Below are positions 29,201 through 44,200 of a DNA stretch of 64,000 nucleotides, in pieces (within the stretch, counting starts at the first letter, position 1; every line of letters starts with the position of its first letter). The notes beneath the pieces are model-generated. The model had not been told where the DNA came from and searched no databases. It saw nothing but the letters and a program-made list of their open reading frames with translations. Source of the stretch: Alphaproteobacteria bacterium (GTDB taxonomy: Bacteria > Pseudomonadota > Alphaproteobacteria > MPNO01 > UBA830). Location: NCBI GenBank assembly GCA_965243135.1, contig OZ251539.1:160001-224000 (forward strand). Direction: 5' to 3'. The translations under genes and the position numbers were made by a program.

Positions 29201-32200
29201 AGAGCGCGGGCGCGGTGACGATCGCGGCCGTGGGCAACGCGGCGGACTCGCCGGACAAGCGGGTGGCGATCTCCGGCGCGGCGCGGAACAGCCAGGGCGT
29301 ATCCGCGGTGACCGAGGCGACGCTCGCCATTACCGACGACGACACGACGCCCACCGCGGCGCTGGCGGTCACGCCGGCTTCCATCGCGGAGACGGGCGGC
29401 GTGGCGACGGTGACCGCGACGCTCTCGCACCGGTCGAGCGAGCCGGTGACGATCGCGGTGTCGGCGTCGCCGGGTTCGGGGACGGACTTCGCGCTGAGCG
29501 CGGCGAGGGCGCTGACCATCGCGGCGGGGGCGACGGCCAGTTCGGGCGTGGTGACGGTGACGGCCAGAGACGACGACGCGGACTCGCCGGACAAGCGGGT
29601 GGCGATCTCCGGCGCGGCGTCGGGCGGGCTGGGGGTGGCGGATCCGGCCGGCGCGACGCTGGCGATCCGCGACGACGACGGGGCGCCGCGGGCGTCGCTG
29701 GTGCTGTCGTCGTCGTCGATCTCGGAGAACGGCGGGACGGCGACGCTGACGGTGGCCCTGAGCTCGGCGGCGGCGGCCGACGTGCGGGTCCTGATATCGA
29801 TCACGCCGAGCGCCAACGTGGCGGGTTACCGCGCCGTGGGGGTGAGGGGCGCCGTGGGCACCGGGCTGAACGTCGCGGCGGGGCAGACGGCCAGCACGGA
29901 GGCGGTGGTGTTCACGGGGCTGGACAACGACGTGGATGCGCCGAACAGGGAGTTGCGCATCGGGGGCCGGGTGCCGTTCGGGTCGGGCGTGACGGTGCAT
30001 AGCGCGAAGGATGCGTTCCTGGTCCTGGTGGACGACGAGCCGACGCCGGCGGTGACGCTGGCGCTGTCGGCGTCGTCGATCTCGGAGACGGGCGGGGAGG
30101 CGACGGTCACCGCGACGCTCTCCGGGGAATCGAGCGAGGCGGCGACGGTGACGGTCTCCGCGGTTCCGGGGGCCGGGGCGGCGGCGCGGGACTTCACGCT
30201 GTCGGCGGCGCGAACGCTGACCATCGCGGCGGGGGACACGACGAGCGCCGGCCTGGTGACGGTGACCGCGGTGGGCAACGCGGCGGTGACGCCGGACAAG
30301 CGAGTGCGGATTCGGGGCGCGGTCGCGGGCGGCAACGGGGCGGCGAAGCCGAACCCGGCGACGCTGATCCTGGAGGACGACGACGCCCGCCCGACCGCCT
30401 CGCTGGTGCTGTCCGCGTCGTCGATCTCGGAGTCGGGCGGGGAGGCGACGGTGACCGCGGCGCTCTCCTATCCGGCCCCGGGGGCGGTGACGGTGACGGT
30501 CTCGGCGGTTCCGGGGGCCGGGGCGGCGGCGCGGGACTTCACGCTGTCGGCGGCGCGGACGCTGACCGTCGCGGCGGGGAACACGACGAGCGCCGGCCTG
30601 GTGACGGTGACCGCGGCGGACAACAACGACGACGCGGCGGACAAGAAGGTGACGGTCTCCGGCGCGGCCGCGGGCGGCGGGGTGGCGGATCCGGCGGACG
30701 CGGCGCTGACCCTCCTCGACGACGACGGCCCGCCGACGCTCGCGCTGGTGCTGTCGCCGGCGTCGATCCCGGAGGCCGGCGGGGTGTCGACGGTGACCGC
30801 GGCGCTCTCCGGCGCCGCGAGCGCGGCGGTGACGGTGACGGTCTCGGCGGTTCCGGGGGCCGGGGCGGCGGCGGCAGATTTCACCCTGTCGGCGGCGCGG
30901 ACGCTGACCGTCGCGGCGGGTTCGACGGCCAGCGCGGGCGCGGTGACGGTGACCGCGAACGACAACGCCGCGGATTCGCCGGGCGGGACGGTGACGGTGT
31001 CGGGCGCGGCGTCGGGCGGCGGGGTGGCGGACCCGGCGGACGCGGCGCTGGCGCTCCTCGACGACGACGACCCGCCGGGCGTCACGTTGTCGGCGTCGCC
31101 GGCGTCGATTTCGGAGGCCGGCGGGGCGGCGACGGTGAGCGCGACGCTCTCGCACCCGTCGAGCGCGGTGACCACGGTGACGGTGGCGTCGCTGTCGGGC
31201 GCCTACGCGGTGGATCCGTCCACGGCGCAGATCGTCATCCAGGCCGGGCGGACGGAGAACCCCGCGGACACCGCGGCGCTCACCGCGGTGGACGACGCCA
31301 TCGACGAGCCGGACCGGCAGGTGACGGTGTCGGGCGCGATGGCGAACGCCCAGGGCGCCGGGGGCGTGACCGGGGCGGTGCTGGAGATCGCCGACGACGA
31401 GGAGGCGCCGACGGTGACGCTGGCGCTGGCGCCGGCGTCGGTGGCGGAGAACGGCGGGGTGTCGACGGTGAGCGCGACGCTCTCGCACCCGTCGAGCGAG
31501 GCGGTGACGGTGACGGTGACGCCGGCGGCCGGGGCCTACGCGCAGGGCGCGGACGCGGTCATCGTCATCGCGGCCGGTTCGACCGCGACCACGGACAAGG
31601 CCACGGTCGAGGCGGTGGACAACTCGGATTACGAGGGCGCGGCGGGGCGGCGCGCGACGGTGACCGGCGCGGCGTCGAGCGGTCTGGGCGCGAACCCCGT
31701 GACCGGGGCGGCGCTGACGCTGACGGACGACGACGACCCGCCGGCGGTGACGCTGTCGGTGAACCCGGCGTCGGTTTCGGAGGCCGGCGGGGTGGCGACG
31801 GTGTCGGCGACCCTCGCCCATGCCTCGGTCGAAGCGGTGACGGTGACGGTGACGTCGGCGGCGGGGGCCTACGCGGCGGGTTCGGACGCGGAGATCGTGA
31901 TCGCGGCCGGACAGACCGTCGGCGGCGACGACACGGCGACGGTGAGGGCGGTGGACAACGACGCCCATGAGGGCGTCGCGGGCCGTTCCGTCACGGTGAC
32001 GGGCACGGTGTCGAGCGGCGGGGGCGCGGTGACCGGGGCGGCGCTGATGCTGACCGACGACGACGCGCTGCCGACGCTCTCGCTGGCGCTCGAGCCGGCG
32101 TCGATTTCGGAGTCGGGCGGGGCGTCGTCGGTGACGGCGGCGCTGTCGCATCCGTCCGGCGAGGCGGTGACGGTGACGGTGGCGGCGGCCCCGGGGACCG

Positions 32201-35200
32201 GGGCGGCGGCCGCGGACTTCGACCTCTCCGCCGCGACGACGCTGACCATCGCGGCGGGAAGCACGACCAGCGCGGGGGCGGTGACGGTGACGGCGAACGG
32301 CAACGACGTGGACTCGCCGGACAAGGCGGTGACGGTCTCCGGCGCGGCGGCGGGCGGCAACGGCGTTGCGGCGCCGTCGAACGCGACGCTGACGCTCGCC
32401 GACGACGAGGTCCTGCCGACGGTGACCTTGGCCCTGGCGCCGGCGTCGATTTCGGAATCGGGCGGGGTGGCGTCGGTGACGGCGGCGCTTTCGGCCGCCT
32501 CCAGCGAAGCGGTGACGGTGACGGTGGCTGCGGCGGCGGGGACGTATGCGGCGGCGCGGGACTTCACGCTGAGCGCGGCCAGGACGCTGACCATCGCCGC
32601 CGGAAGCACGGCCAGCGCCGGGGCGGTGACGGTGACGGCGAACGGCAACGGGTTGGATTCGCCGAACAAGCAGGTGACGGTCTCCGGCGCGGCGACGGGC
32701 GGCAACGGCGCGGCGGCGCCGTCGAACGTGACGCTGACGCTCGCCGACGACGACCGCACGCCGACGGTCACCCTCTTCAGCCCGACCGATGCCGGCTGGG
32801 AAGGGCACAGCGGCGCGGCGCGGAGGCCCGGCGGATTTACCTACGTCCAGGCGGGGCAGTTGAATTTCGTTTTGCAAATGGATGGCGCGAGCGAGCTGCC
32901 GATCACGTTCGCTCTGGGGGCCTCCGGGGCTGCGACCGCGGGGCTGGACTACACCTCCCTCGTCGGGCGGACGTTGACCGTCCCGCCGGGCCGCACGTCC
33001 CTCAGCTTCCACGTGACGGTGCTGGACGACGACATAGACGAGAGCCTCTACGAGTCGGTGAACCTGAGGCTCGCCAACCCGGTCAACGCCAACGTGAGGG
33101 ACTGGACCGCGAACACCCAAATCCGCGACGACGACGACGCGGCGGGGCTGACGGTGGTGGAGAGCCAGGGATCGACCCGGACCGGCGAGGCGGGAACCAC
33201 GGACTCCTTCACGGTGGCGCTTTCCAGCGAGCCGACCGCGGCGGCGACGGTGGAGGCGTCGGTCCCGTCCGGGTCGTCGGGCGAGGGCGAGCTGTCGGTG
33301 GACGGCGGCGGAACCTGGGGCGGTTCGGGAACGCTGAGCTTCAACGCGACCAACTGGAATGTCGCCCAGGAGGTGCGGGTGCGGGGCGTGGACGACGACG
33401 CGGACGACGGCGACGGCAGCTACGCCGTCACGCTGAACCCGGACAGCGCGTCCGACGCCAACTATCGCGGCCTGGGGAACGTCGCGGTGAGCGTGACCAA
33501 CGCCGACGACGACGCGGCGGGGCTGACGGTGGTGGAGAGCGAGGGTTCGACCCGGACCTCGGAGACGGAGACCACGGACAGCTTCACGGTGGCGCTCTCC
33601 AGCGCGCCGACCGCGGCGGTGACGGTGGCGGTGGAGAGCGGGGACGCGAGCGAGGGGCTGGTGTCGGTCGCCGGGGGTTCGACCGCGGCGACGGCGACGC
33701 TGACGTTCGACGGGACCACCTGGAGCACGGCGCAGACGGTGACCGTCCACGGCCAGAACGACGCGCCGGCCAACGCGGTCGACGGCGACGTGGGTTATTC
33801 GATCACGCTGGACCCGGACAGCGCGGCGGCCACGGACACGCCGCCCGGCGACGCCAACTATCGCGCCCTGGCGAGCAGCGAGGTGCGGGCGGCCAATCTC
33901 GACGACGACGGCGCGCGGGTGTCGCTGCATCTGTCGTCGGCGCGCATCGACGAGGACGGCGGCCAGGCCGGGGCGGCGACGGTGACGGCGAGCTTGAGCG
34001 CGACGGCTGCCGCGGCGACGACGGTGACGGTGGCGGCGGACCCGGTAGCGCCGGCGGTCGCGGGCGACTTCGCGCTGAGCGCGGCGAAGACCTTGACCAT
34101 CGCGGCGGGGGCGCTCGCGAGCACGGGCGTCGTGACCGTCGCGGCGGTGGACAACGACGTGGACGCGCCGGACAAGGCGGTGACGGTGTCGGCGACCGCG
34201 GCGACCGGCGCGAACGCGCCGGCGGTGCTGCCGCTGACCTTGACCATCGCCGACGACGACGCTGCGCCGGAGGTGACGCTGGCGGTGGCGCCGACGTCGA
34301 TTTCGGAAGCGGGCGGGGCGGCGACGGTGACGGCGACGCTGTCGCGCGCCTCGAGCGCGGCGACCACGGTGACGGTGACGCCGAAGCCGGGGGCCTGGAC
34401 GGCGGGTTCGGACGCGACCATCGCCATCGCGGCCGGCGCCACGGCCGCCGCCTCGGACATGGCGACGGTGACGGCGGTGGACAATCTGCGCGACGAGGAC
34501 GACCGCCGGGAAACGGTGGCGGCGACGGCGGCGAACGACCACAGCTTCCCCGCGGGCGCCGGGCGGGCGACGGGGGCGGCGCTGACGCTGACCGACAACG
34601 ACAATCAGCCGGACCTGGCGCTGACCGACGCGGCGCAGGTTTCGGAGGGCGACGCCGGCGACGCCATGCCCGGGACGCTGACCTTCGCGGTCAGGCTGGG
34701 CGTGGCCAGCGGCAAGACGGTGACGGTGGACTACGCCGACGCCGGTACGGGCACGGCGACGTCGGGGACCGACTACACGGCCCTTGCGAGCGGGACGCTG
34801 ACCTTCGCGCCGGGAGACCGCAGCAAGGCCATCGCCGTGACGGCGACCGGCGACGCGGGGAACGAGCCGGACGAGACCGTGACGCTGACCCTGAGCAACC
34901 CGACGAACGCGACGCTCAGCGGGGCGACCGGCACGGGCGTGATCGCCGATGACGATACCCGCCCGACGCTGGCCATCGGGGCGGCGAGCGCGAGCGAAGG
35001 GACCGGCGGCCGGGCGGCGCTGTCGTTCCCGGTGACGCTGAGCATAGCCAGCGGCCAGACGGTGACGGTGAACTACGCGGAGGGGACCGGCGGCACGGCG
35101 ACGGCGGGGGCGGATTACGCGGCGCTCGCCGCCGGCGCGCTGACCTTCGCGCCGGGGGAGACGGCCAGGACCATCGACGTGGCGGTGGCGGACGACGCGC

Positions 35201-38200
35201 TGGACGAGGCGGACGAGACGGTGTTGGTGACGCTCTCCGACGCGGTGAACGCGGCCTTGGGCACGGCGACGGGCACGGGGACGATCGCCGACGACGACGA
35301 CCCGCCGACGCTGTCGATCTCTTCGCCGAGCGTGACGGAGGGCGACGCCGGCCAGGCGACGCTGTCGTTCGCGGTGACGCTGGACGCGGCCAGCGGCAGG
35401 CAGGCGACGGTGGCCTGGGCGGACGCGGGCACGGGCACGGCGACCTCCGGGACGGACTATGCGGCCCTTGCGGGCGGCACGCTGACCTTCGCGCCGGGGC
35501 AGACGCGCAAGACCATCGCCGCGGCGGCGATCGGCGACACGTTGAACGAAGCGGACGAGACGCTGCGCCTGACGCTCTCCAGCCCTTCCGGCGCGACGCT
35601 GGGGAGCGCGTCCGCCGGCGTCGGAACCATCATGGACGACGACCCGACGCCGTCGCTCGCCATCGATTCGCCGGAGGTGGGCGAGGGCGGGACGCTGACC
35701 TTCGCGGTGACGCTGAGCGCGGCGAGCGGCAAGCGGGTGACGGTGGCCTACGCGGAGGGGACGGGCGGCACGGCGACCGCGGGGGCGGACTACACGGCGC
35801 TGGCCTCGGGGACGCTGACCTTCGCGGCGGGGGAGACGGTCAAGACCATCGGGGTGGCGGCGTGGAGCGACACGCGGAGCGAGGCGGACGAGACGGTGGT
35901 GGTGGTCCTGAGCGGGCCGACGAACGCGACGCTGGGGACGGCCGCGGGGACGGGGACGATCGCCGACGATCTGCAGCCCTCGTTCGCGGTCTCGCAGGTC
36001 ATGCGGACCCTGGGGATCAACCGGACGTTCCCGACCTTCAGCCTGCCGGCGGCGACGGGGGGCAACGGAACGCTGACCTACGCCATGGCGACCTTGCCGG
36101 CGGGGCTGACGTACACGGCTCCGGGGGCGCGGGATGCGCATGGCGGGCGGATCACGGGGCAGCCGACGCAGGCTCGCGGGGCGACGGTGTACCGGTTGAC
36201 GGCGACGGACCGCGACGGCGACATGGCGACGCTGAACGTCTCCATCGCGGTGTCCGTCAACCCCGGCGTAGAGGAACTCCGCATCACGGACACCGTGGGC
36301 GCCGAGCTCGGGAATTTCCGGACCGGCGAATACATTCTCTTCACGTTCTATTTCGACGCCGCCATCGCCACTTCCGGCGCCGGCGTCGGATTGAAACTGA
36401 AGATCGGCGACAACGACCGCGAGGCGGAGGCCGCCACGTTCTACGACACCAACCCGGACGAACTCACCTTCCGCTACCAAGTGCAGGCGTCGGACTGGGA
36501 CGGCGACGGCATTTCGATACCGCGCCGTCCGTTCCGGTTCTTCTACGACTCCTCCCAAGGCGTCACCGGCTACATCCGGGCCGACGGGGGGCCTTACCAC
36601 AACACGCCGGCGATCGACGACCTCGACGCCCGCGCCCGGATTTCGTTCGCGAACGGCCGTCCGCGGATCAACGACCGGGCGCCGTCGTTCGGCTCGGCGA
36701 CGGCGGCGGCCAAAAGTTTCGTGAAGGGGAGCCGGGTGTGGGCCGACGACCCGGCGCTGCCCGCGGCGAGCTTCCCCGCGCCGGGGGCGGGGGAGACGGC
36801 GACGGACGTCAACTCGTCCCTGACCTACGGCCTGGCGCCGGCGCTGCCGGCGGGGCTCGCCTTCGACGCCGCCGCGCGCCGGATCACGGGCACGCCCACG
36901 GCCGCCGCGCCCGCGGCCGACTACGCGCTGACCGCCACCGACGTGGACGGCGACCGGGCGACGTTGACGTTCTCGCTGACGGTGGAGGAGGACGCCCGGC
37001 CGGCGTTCGCGGCCGACGCCCCGGCGGGATTCGCGTGGACGGAGGACGCGGCGGTTTCGGAGCTGCTGCCGGCGGCGTCGGGCGGCAACCCGCCCCTGGC
37101 TTACGCGCTGACCGGGCCGGGTTCGGCGGCGACGCTGAGCCTGCCCGCTGGGCTGGAATTCGACCTCGACGGGACGGGAACGTGCGGCGCGGCGCGCACG
37201 GTGTGCGGGACGCCGACCGCGGCGTCGGGAGCGGCGGCCTGGACGTTGACCGCGACCGACCGCGACGGCGACGCGGGCAGCCTGGCCTTCTCCATGACCA
37301 TCGCGCCGCGGGCGCCGGACCGGGTGACGGGGGTGACGACGACCCCGGCGGTGGACGCGCTGCGGGTGAACTGGACGGCGGCGGCGAAGGCGGACGGCTA
37401 CAAGGTGCAGTGGAGGTCCGGTTCGGAAAGCTACGACCCGGCGACACGGCAGGCGGCGGTGACCGGCGGGGCGGCGACCGCCTACACGATCACCGGCCTG
37501 GCCGCGGGCGCGGACGCCATGGTGCGGGTGATCTCGACCCGGACCGGGGCGCCGGACGGGCCGGCGTCGTCGGAGGCCACGGGCCGGCCGACGGACGTGT
37601 CCCTGGCGCTGTCGCGGACCACCATCGAGGAGGACGCGGGCGCGGCGGCGGACGCGCGCTCGGCCGCGGTGACGGCGCGTCTGGCGGCGCCGTTGAGCGA
37701 GGCGACGACGGTCACCGTGTCCGCGCGGGCAGGGACCAACGCGGCGGCGGACGACTTCACGCAGACGGGAACGACGCTGACCATCGCGGCGGGCGCCACC
37801 GCGAGCGCCGGGACGGTGACCATCGCCGCGGTGGACGACGAGGTGGACTCGATCGTCGATACGTCCGTCGCCGGCAAGCGGGTGGCGGTGTCGGGCGTCT
37901 CCAGCGGGAACGGGAACCCGGCGGACCTGACGCTGACGGTGACGGAAGACGACGCGGCCGGGCTCGCGCTGGCGCCGGCCCTGCCGGCGGACGCGAACGA
38001 TCCGTGGTTCACGGTGGCGGAGGGCGGGAGCGCGACGTTCACGCTGGCGCTGGCCAGCGAGCCGATAGCGAATGCGACGGTGAAGGTCTCCAGCGGCGAC
38101 GACGGCGAAGGGCTGCTGTCTTCGGGCGGCGCCGCGCCGGCGGCGGCGACCACGCTGACCTTCACGCCCGCCGACTGGATGACGGCGCAGACGGTGACGC

Positions 38201-41200
38201 TGACCGGCGCGACGGACGGCGCGGTGGACGGCGCCGTCGATTACCGGCTGACGCTGGACCCGGACGGCGGGGCCGCGGACGCCTACTCCGTGCTGGCGAC
38301 GGCGCGGGCGAAGGCGCGGACCACGGACGTGGACGCGGCCGGGCTGGCGGTGTCGAAGAGCGCGGTGACAGTGGCGGAGAACGAGACGGAGACCTTCACG
38401 CTGGCGCTGGCGAGCAAGCCGGCGGCGGACGTGACGGTGACGATCGCGAGCGGCAACCCCGCAGAGTTGCGGGTCGGCAAGATCCGGGGCGGCTTCGCGG
38501 ATGCGCAGACGCTGACCTTCGCGCCCGGCAACTGGAGCGCGGCGCAGACGGTGGGGGCGTTGGCGCTGGACGACTTGGTGGACGAGGACGACGAGCAGGT
38601 CGCCTTCACGCTGGATGCGGCCAGCGCGGGCGACGCCGATTACGACAGCCTGGCCAACGTGACCGTGACGGTGACGATGACCGACGACGACCCCTCGCCG
38701 TCGGTCGCCATCGGCCAGGCGCGGGCGAGCGAGGGCGGGGCGGCGCTGTCGTTCCCGGTGACGCTGGCCTTCGTGCCGGGGATGGTGACGGCGAGCGAGC
38801 GGGAGACGACGGTGGATTACGCCGATGCCGGCGCGGGCACGGCGGCCTCCGGCGTGGACTACACCGCCCTGGCCGACGGCACGCTGACCTTCGCGGCGGG
38901 GGAGACGAGCAAGACCATCGACGTGGCGGTGACCGACGACGCGCTGGACGAGGCGAGCGAGACGGTGGTGGTGGAGCTGACCGGCGCGGCCGGTTTGACG
39001 ATCTCGAGCACGGCGGCGACGGCGACGGGGACCATCGACGACGACGACCCGGCGCCGGCGGTCTCCATCGCCGGGGCGAGCGCGAGCGAGGGAGACGCGG
39101 CGCTGTCGTTCGCGGTGACGCTGGGCGCGGCCAGCGGCCGGCAAACGACGGTGGGCTACGCGGAAGGGACGGGCGGCACGGCCACGGCGGGGACGGACTA
39201 CGCGGCGCTGGCCGCCGGCACGCTGACCTTCGCGGCGGGAGCGACCGCCGGGACCATCGAAGTGGCGGTGACGCAGGACGCGGCGGACGAGCCGGACGAG
39301 ACGGTGGTGGTGGAGCTGACCGGAGCGGCAGGTCTCACGCTGTCGAGCACGGCGGCGACGGCGACGGGGATCATCGCCGACGACGACGACCCGCCGGCGC
39401 TGTCGATCTCGTCGCCCGGCGCGGCGGAGGACGTGGGGACGCTCTCCTTCACGGTGACGCCCGACGTGGCGAGCGGGAAGCAGGTGACGGTGGGCTACGC
39501 CGATGCGGGGACGGGCACGGCCACCTCGGGCGCGGACTACACGGCCATCGCGGCCGGCACGCTGACCCTGGCGCCGGGGGCCGCCAGCGGGAGCATCGAG
39601 GTGGCGGTGACGGACGATGCGCTGAACGAGGCGGACGAGACGATCGTCGTGAGCCTGAGCGGGGCGGTGGATGCGAGCGTCGCGCCGGGGGCCGCCAACG
39701 GCGCGGCCACCATCGCCGACAACGACGCCATCACGGCGCAACTGGCGGTTTCGCCGGCGTCGATCTCGGAGGACGGCGGGACGGCGACGGTGACGGCGAC
39801 GATAACGCCGAGCTCGACCGACGCGGTGACGATCACGGTGTCGCCGGATGCGGATTTCACGCTGGCCGGAACGACGCTGACGATCGCGGCCGGGGCGACC
39901 GCCAGCGCGGGGGCGGTGACGGCGACGGCGAACGACAACGCCGCCGATGCGCCCGACAACAGCGTGACGGTGACGGGGCAGGCGGCGGGCGGCAACGGGG
40001 CGGTGACGGTGGCGGGCGCCGCCCTGACCGTCACCGACGACGACGGCGCGCCCCGGGCGGTGCTGACGGCGACGCCCTCCAAAATCGCCGAGGCGGGCGG
40101 GGTGGCGACGGTAACCGCCGGCCTCTCCCATCCCTCGAGCGCGGCGACCACGGTGACCGTGATCGTGAACTTGGGGAAGGACACCCATAACGACGACTAC
40201 ACCCTGACCGGCACGAAGCTGACCATCGCGGCCGGGGCGACCGCCAGCACGGGAGCGGTGACGCTGACGGCGGCGGAGAACGCCGACGCGGAGGACAAGA
40301 TCGTAGTGCTGACGGGCACGGCGGCGAACGACCAGGGGGTCACGATCATCGGCAATTCGCAGGATGCGGATGCCCCGACCGTGACGATGCTCGACAACGA
40401 CGGCGCGCCGGTGGCGGCGCTGATGCTGTCTTCGGCGACGATCGCCGAGGCGGGCGGGAGGGCGACGGTGACGGCCAGCCTGTCGCGAACGGTGTCTTCG
40501 GCGGTGACGGTCTATGTGACCGTGGCAAACTCGGTGTCGCCCACTGACAAGGATGGTTTCAAGGTCAGCGCGAACTCCTCGCTGATCTTCGCGGCGGGGG
40601 CGACCGCCAGCACGGGGGTGGTGTGGGTGGCGGCGGATGCCGACGACGTGGACGCGGCCGACCTGGTTCTGTCGGTCGCCGGCGCGGCCGACGCCAGCAG
40701 CGGCGTGGAGAACCCGCTGCCGGCGACGCTCACCATCGTGGACGACGACGCCACGCCGGAGGCGACGCTGGCGGTGGCGCCGGGTTCGGTTTCGGAGGCG
40801 GGCGGCGTGGCGACGGTGACGGCGACCCTGTCCCATCCATCGGGGGCGGCGACCACCGTCACGGTGACGCCGGTGGCGGGGGGCTACGCTGTGGGCGACG
40901 CCACCATCGTCATCGCGGCCGGCGCAACCAGCAACAAGGACGACGAGGCGACGGTGACGGCGGCCGACGACGACGTCCACCAGGGCAGCGCCGGGCGGAG
41001 CGTGACGGTGACGGCGTCGGTGGCGAACGCCGTGGGCGCGGACGGCGAGGTGACCGGGGCGCCGTTGACGCTGAGCGACGACGATGCTGCGCCGGAGGCG
41101 ACGCTGGCGCTGACGCCGGCGACCGTTTCGGAGGCGGGCGGTCAGGCGACGGTGACGGCGGCGCTGTCGCGCCCGGCGGCGGCGGCGACGACGCTGACGG

Positions 41201-44200
41201 TGGCGGCGGCGGCCGGGACGAACGCGCAGGCGAGGGATTTCGCGTTGTCGGCGGCGACGACGCTGACCATCGCGGCGGGGCGGACCGCCAGCGCCGGCCG
41301 GGTGACGGTGACGGCGGTGGACGACGACCTGGACGGGCCGGCGAAGCAGGTGACGGTGACGGCGACCGCGACCGGCCCGGCGGGGATGCCGGCGGCGGCG
41401 ACGCTGAGCCTGGCCGACGACGATGCGGCGCCGACCGCCAGGCTGGCGCTGACGCCGGCGACCGTTTCGGAGGCGGGCGGGGCGGCGACGGTGACGGCGG
41501 CGCTGTCGCATCCATCGGCGGCGGCGACCACGGTGACGGTGCAGGCGGCGGCGGGGACGAACGCGGCGCCGGAGGACTTCGCGCTTTCGTCGCCGGCGAC
41601 GCTGACCATCGCGGCCGGGGCGACGGCGAGCGCCGGGCGGGTGACGGTGACGGCCAACGACAACGATGTCCATGGGGCGGCGAAAGAGGTGACGGTTTCG
41701 GGCAGCATGACGAACGACCACAGCTTCCCCACGGGCACGGAGCGCCCTGCCGCCGCGACGCTGACCGTCGCCGACGACGAGGAGGCGCCGACGGTGACGC
41801 TGGCGGTGCAGCCGGCCGCGATAGCGGAAGCGGGCGGGACGGCGACGGTGACGGCGACCCTTTCCGGCGCCTCGCCGGCGGCGACCACCATCACGCTGAC
41901 GCCGCTGGCGGGGGCCTACGGCGTGGGTTCGGACGCGGTCATCGTCATCGCGGCCGGGGCGACGGCCAACGCCTCCGACACGGCCACGGTGACGGCGGTG
42001 GACAACGACGCCCACGAGGGCAGCGCCGGGCGGGCGGTGACCGTGACGGCCTCGGTGGCCAACCGCGTGGCGGCCGGGAACGTCGCCGGAGCGAGGCTGA
42101 CGCTTGCCGACGACGAATCCCTGCCGACGCTGGCGCTGGCGCTGGCGCCCGCCGCCGTCGCCGAGAACGGCGGCGAGGCGACGGTGACCGCCGGCCTCTC
42201 CCATCCCTCGGGCGAGGCGGTGACGGTGACGGTGGCGGCGACGCCGGGCGCGGGGGCGGTCTCCGGCGATTTCACGCTGACCGGCGAGACGCTGACCATC
42301 GCGGCCGGGGCGACGGCGAGCGCCGGCGCGGTGACGATCACGGCCAACGACAACGGCAGGGACGAGCCGGACGGGAAAGCGTCCGTCGCCGTGACGGTGT
42401 CGGGAACCGCGTCGGGCGGCAACGGCGTGGCGAACCCGGCGGACGCGGTCTTGGCCATCGTGGACGACGACGGGGCGCCGCAGGTGGCGCTGGCGTTGTC
42501 GTCGGAGTCGGTGACGGAGGGCGGCGGCGCGGCCACGGTGACGGCCAGCCTGAGCCCGGCCGCGTCCGCGGCGGTGACGGTGCGGGTGACGGTGGCGGCG
42601 GTTCCGCCGGCGGCCGCCGTGGACCTCTCCCTGAGCGCGTCCACCAGCCTGACGTTCGCGGCCGGGGCGACGGCCAGCGCGGGGGTGGTGACGATCGCGG
42701 CGGCCGACGACGCCTTGGACGAAGCGGACGAGGCGGCGACGGTGTCGGGAACCGCGTCGGGCGGCGGGGCGCTGGATCCGCCGGCCCTGACGCTCGCGGT
42801 CCTGGACGACGACGATCCGCCGACGGTCGCCATCGCCTCGGCGAGCGTGGCCGAAGGGGCTGCGGGCGCGACGGCGACGCTGTCCCTGCCGGTGACGCTG
42901 GACGCGGCCAGCGGCAAGCAAGTGACGGTGGAGTACGCCGAGGACACGGGCGGCACGGCCACGGCGGGGACGGACTACGCGGCGCTGGCCTCGGGGATCC
43001 TGACCTTCGCCGCGGGGGAGACGAGCCGGACCCTGGACGTGACGGTGACCGGCGACGCCGTGGACGAGCCGAACGAGACTGTGGAGGTGGTCCTGAGCGC
43101 GCCGGTCAACGCGGCATTGGGGGCCGCGGCGGCGACGGGGACCATCGCCGACGACGAGGCGAAGCCGACGGCGACGCTGGCGCTGTCGTCGGCGTCGATT
43201 ACGGAGAACGGCGGGGTGTCGACGGTGACCGCGGCGCTCTCCGGCCCGTCGAGCGAAGCGGCGGTCCTCACGGTGTCCGCGGCGCCGGTGCCGGCGTCGG
43301 GCGCGGCGGCGGCGGACTTCGACCTGAGCGCGGCGAGGACGCTGACCATCGCGGCGGGTTCGACGGCGAGCGCCGGCGCGGTGACGGTGGCGGCGGTGGA
43401 CAACCCCGCGGACGCGCCGGACAAGCGGGTGCGGGTGTCGGCGCGGATCGCGGGCGGCCTCGGGGTGGCGGCGCCGTCCAACGCGATCCTGACCCTGGCC
43501 GACGACGAGGCCCTGCCGACCCTGACGCTGGCGCTGTCGCCGTCGTCGGTTTCGGAGAACGGCGGGGTGTCGACGGTGACCGCAGCGCTGTCGCACCCGT
43601 CGGAAGAGGCGGTGACGGTGACGGTGGCGGCGACGCCGGTGGCGCCGGCGGGGACGCGGGATTTTACGCAGTCGGGGACGACGCTGACCATCGCGGCGGG
43701 TTCGACCGCGAGCGTCGGCGCGGTGACCCTCGCGGCCCGGGACAACGCCGCGGACGCGGCGGACGCGGAAGTGTCGGTGGCGGCGACGGCGGCGGGCGGC
43801 AACGGGGTGGCGGATCCGCCGCCCGCGACCCTGACCCTGAAGGACGACGACAGGCCGGCCGCGACCCTGGTCCTCACCCCGCCGTCGATCCCGGAAGGCG
43901 GATTCTCGACGGTGACCGCGAGGCTGTCGGGCGCGGCGAGGGCGGCGATGACGATCACGGTGGCGACGGCGCCGGGGGCGAACACGGTTTCGCGCGACTT
44001 CACCACGTCGGACGAGCGGACGCTGACCATCGCGGCGGGGACGGCGTCGAGCGCCGGCGTGGTGACCATCGTGGGGCGCGCCGACTCGCGGGATTCGCCG
44101 GACAAGACGGTGACGGTGACCGGGACCGGGGCGAGCGCGGGAAGCGCGGTGGACGTGACCGGGGCGGCGCTGACCGTTACCGACGACGACCCCACGCCGA

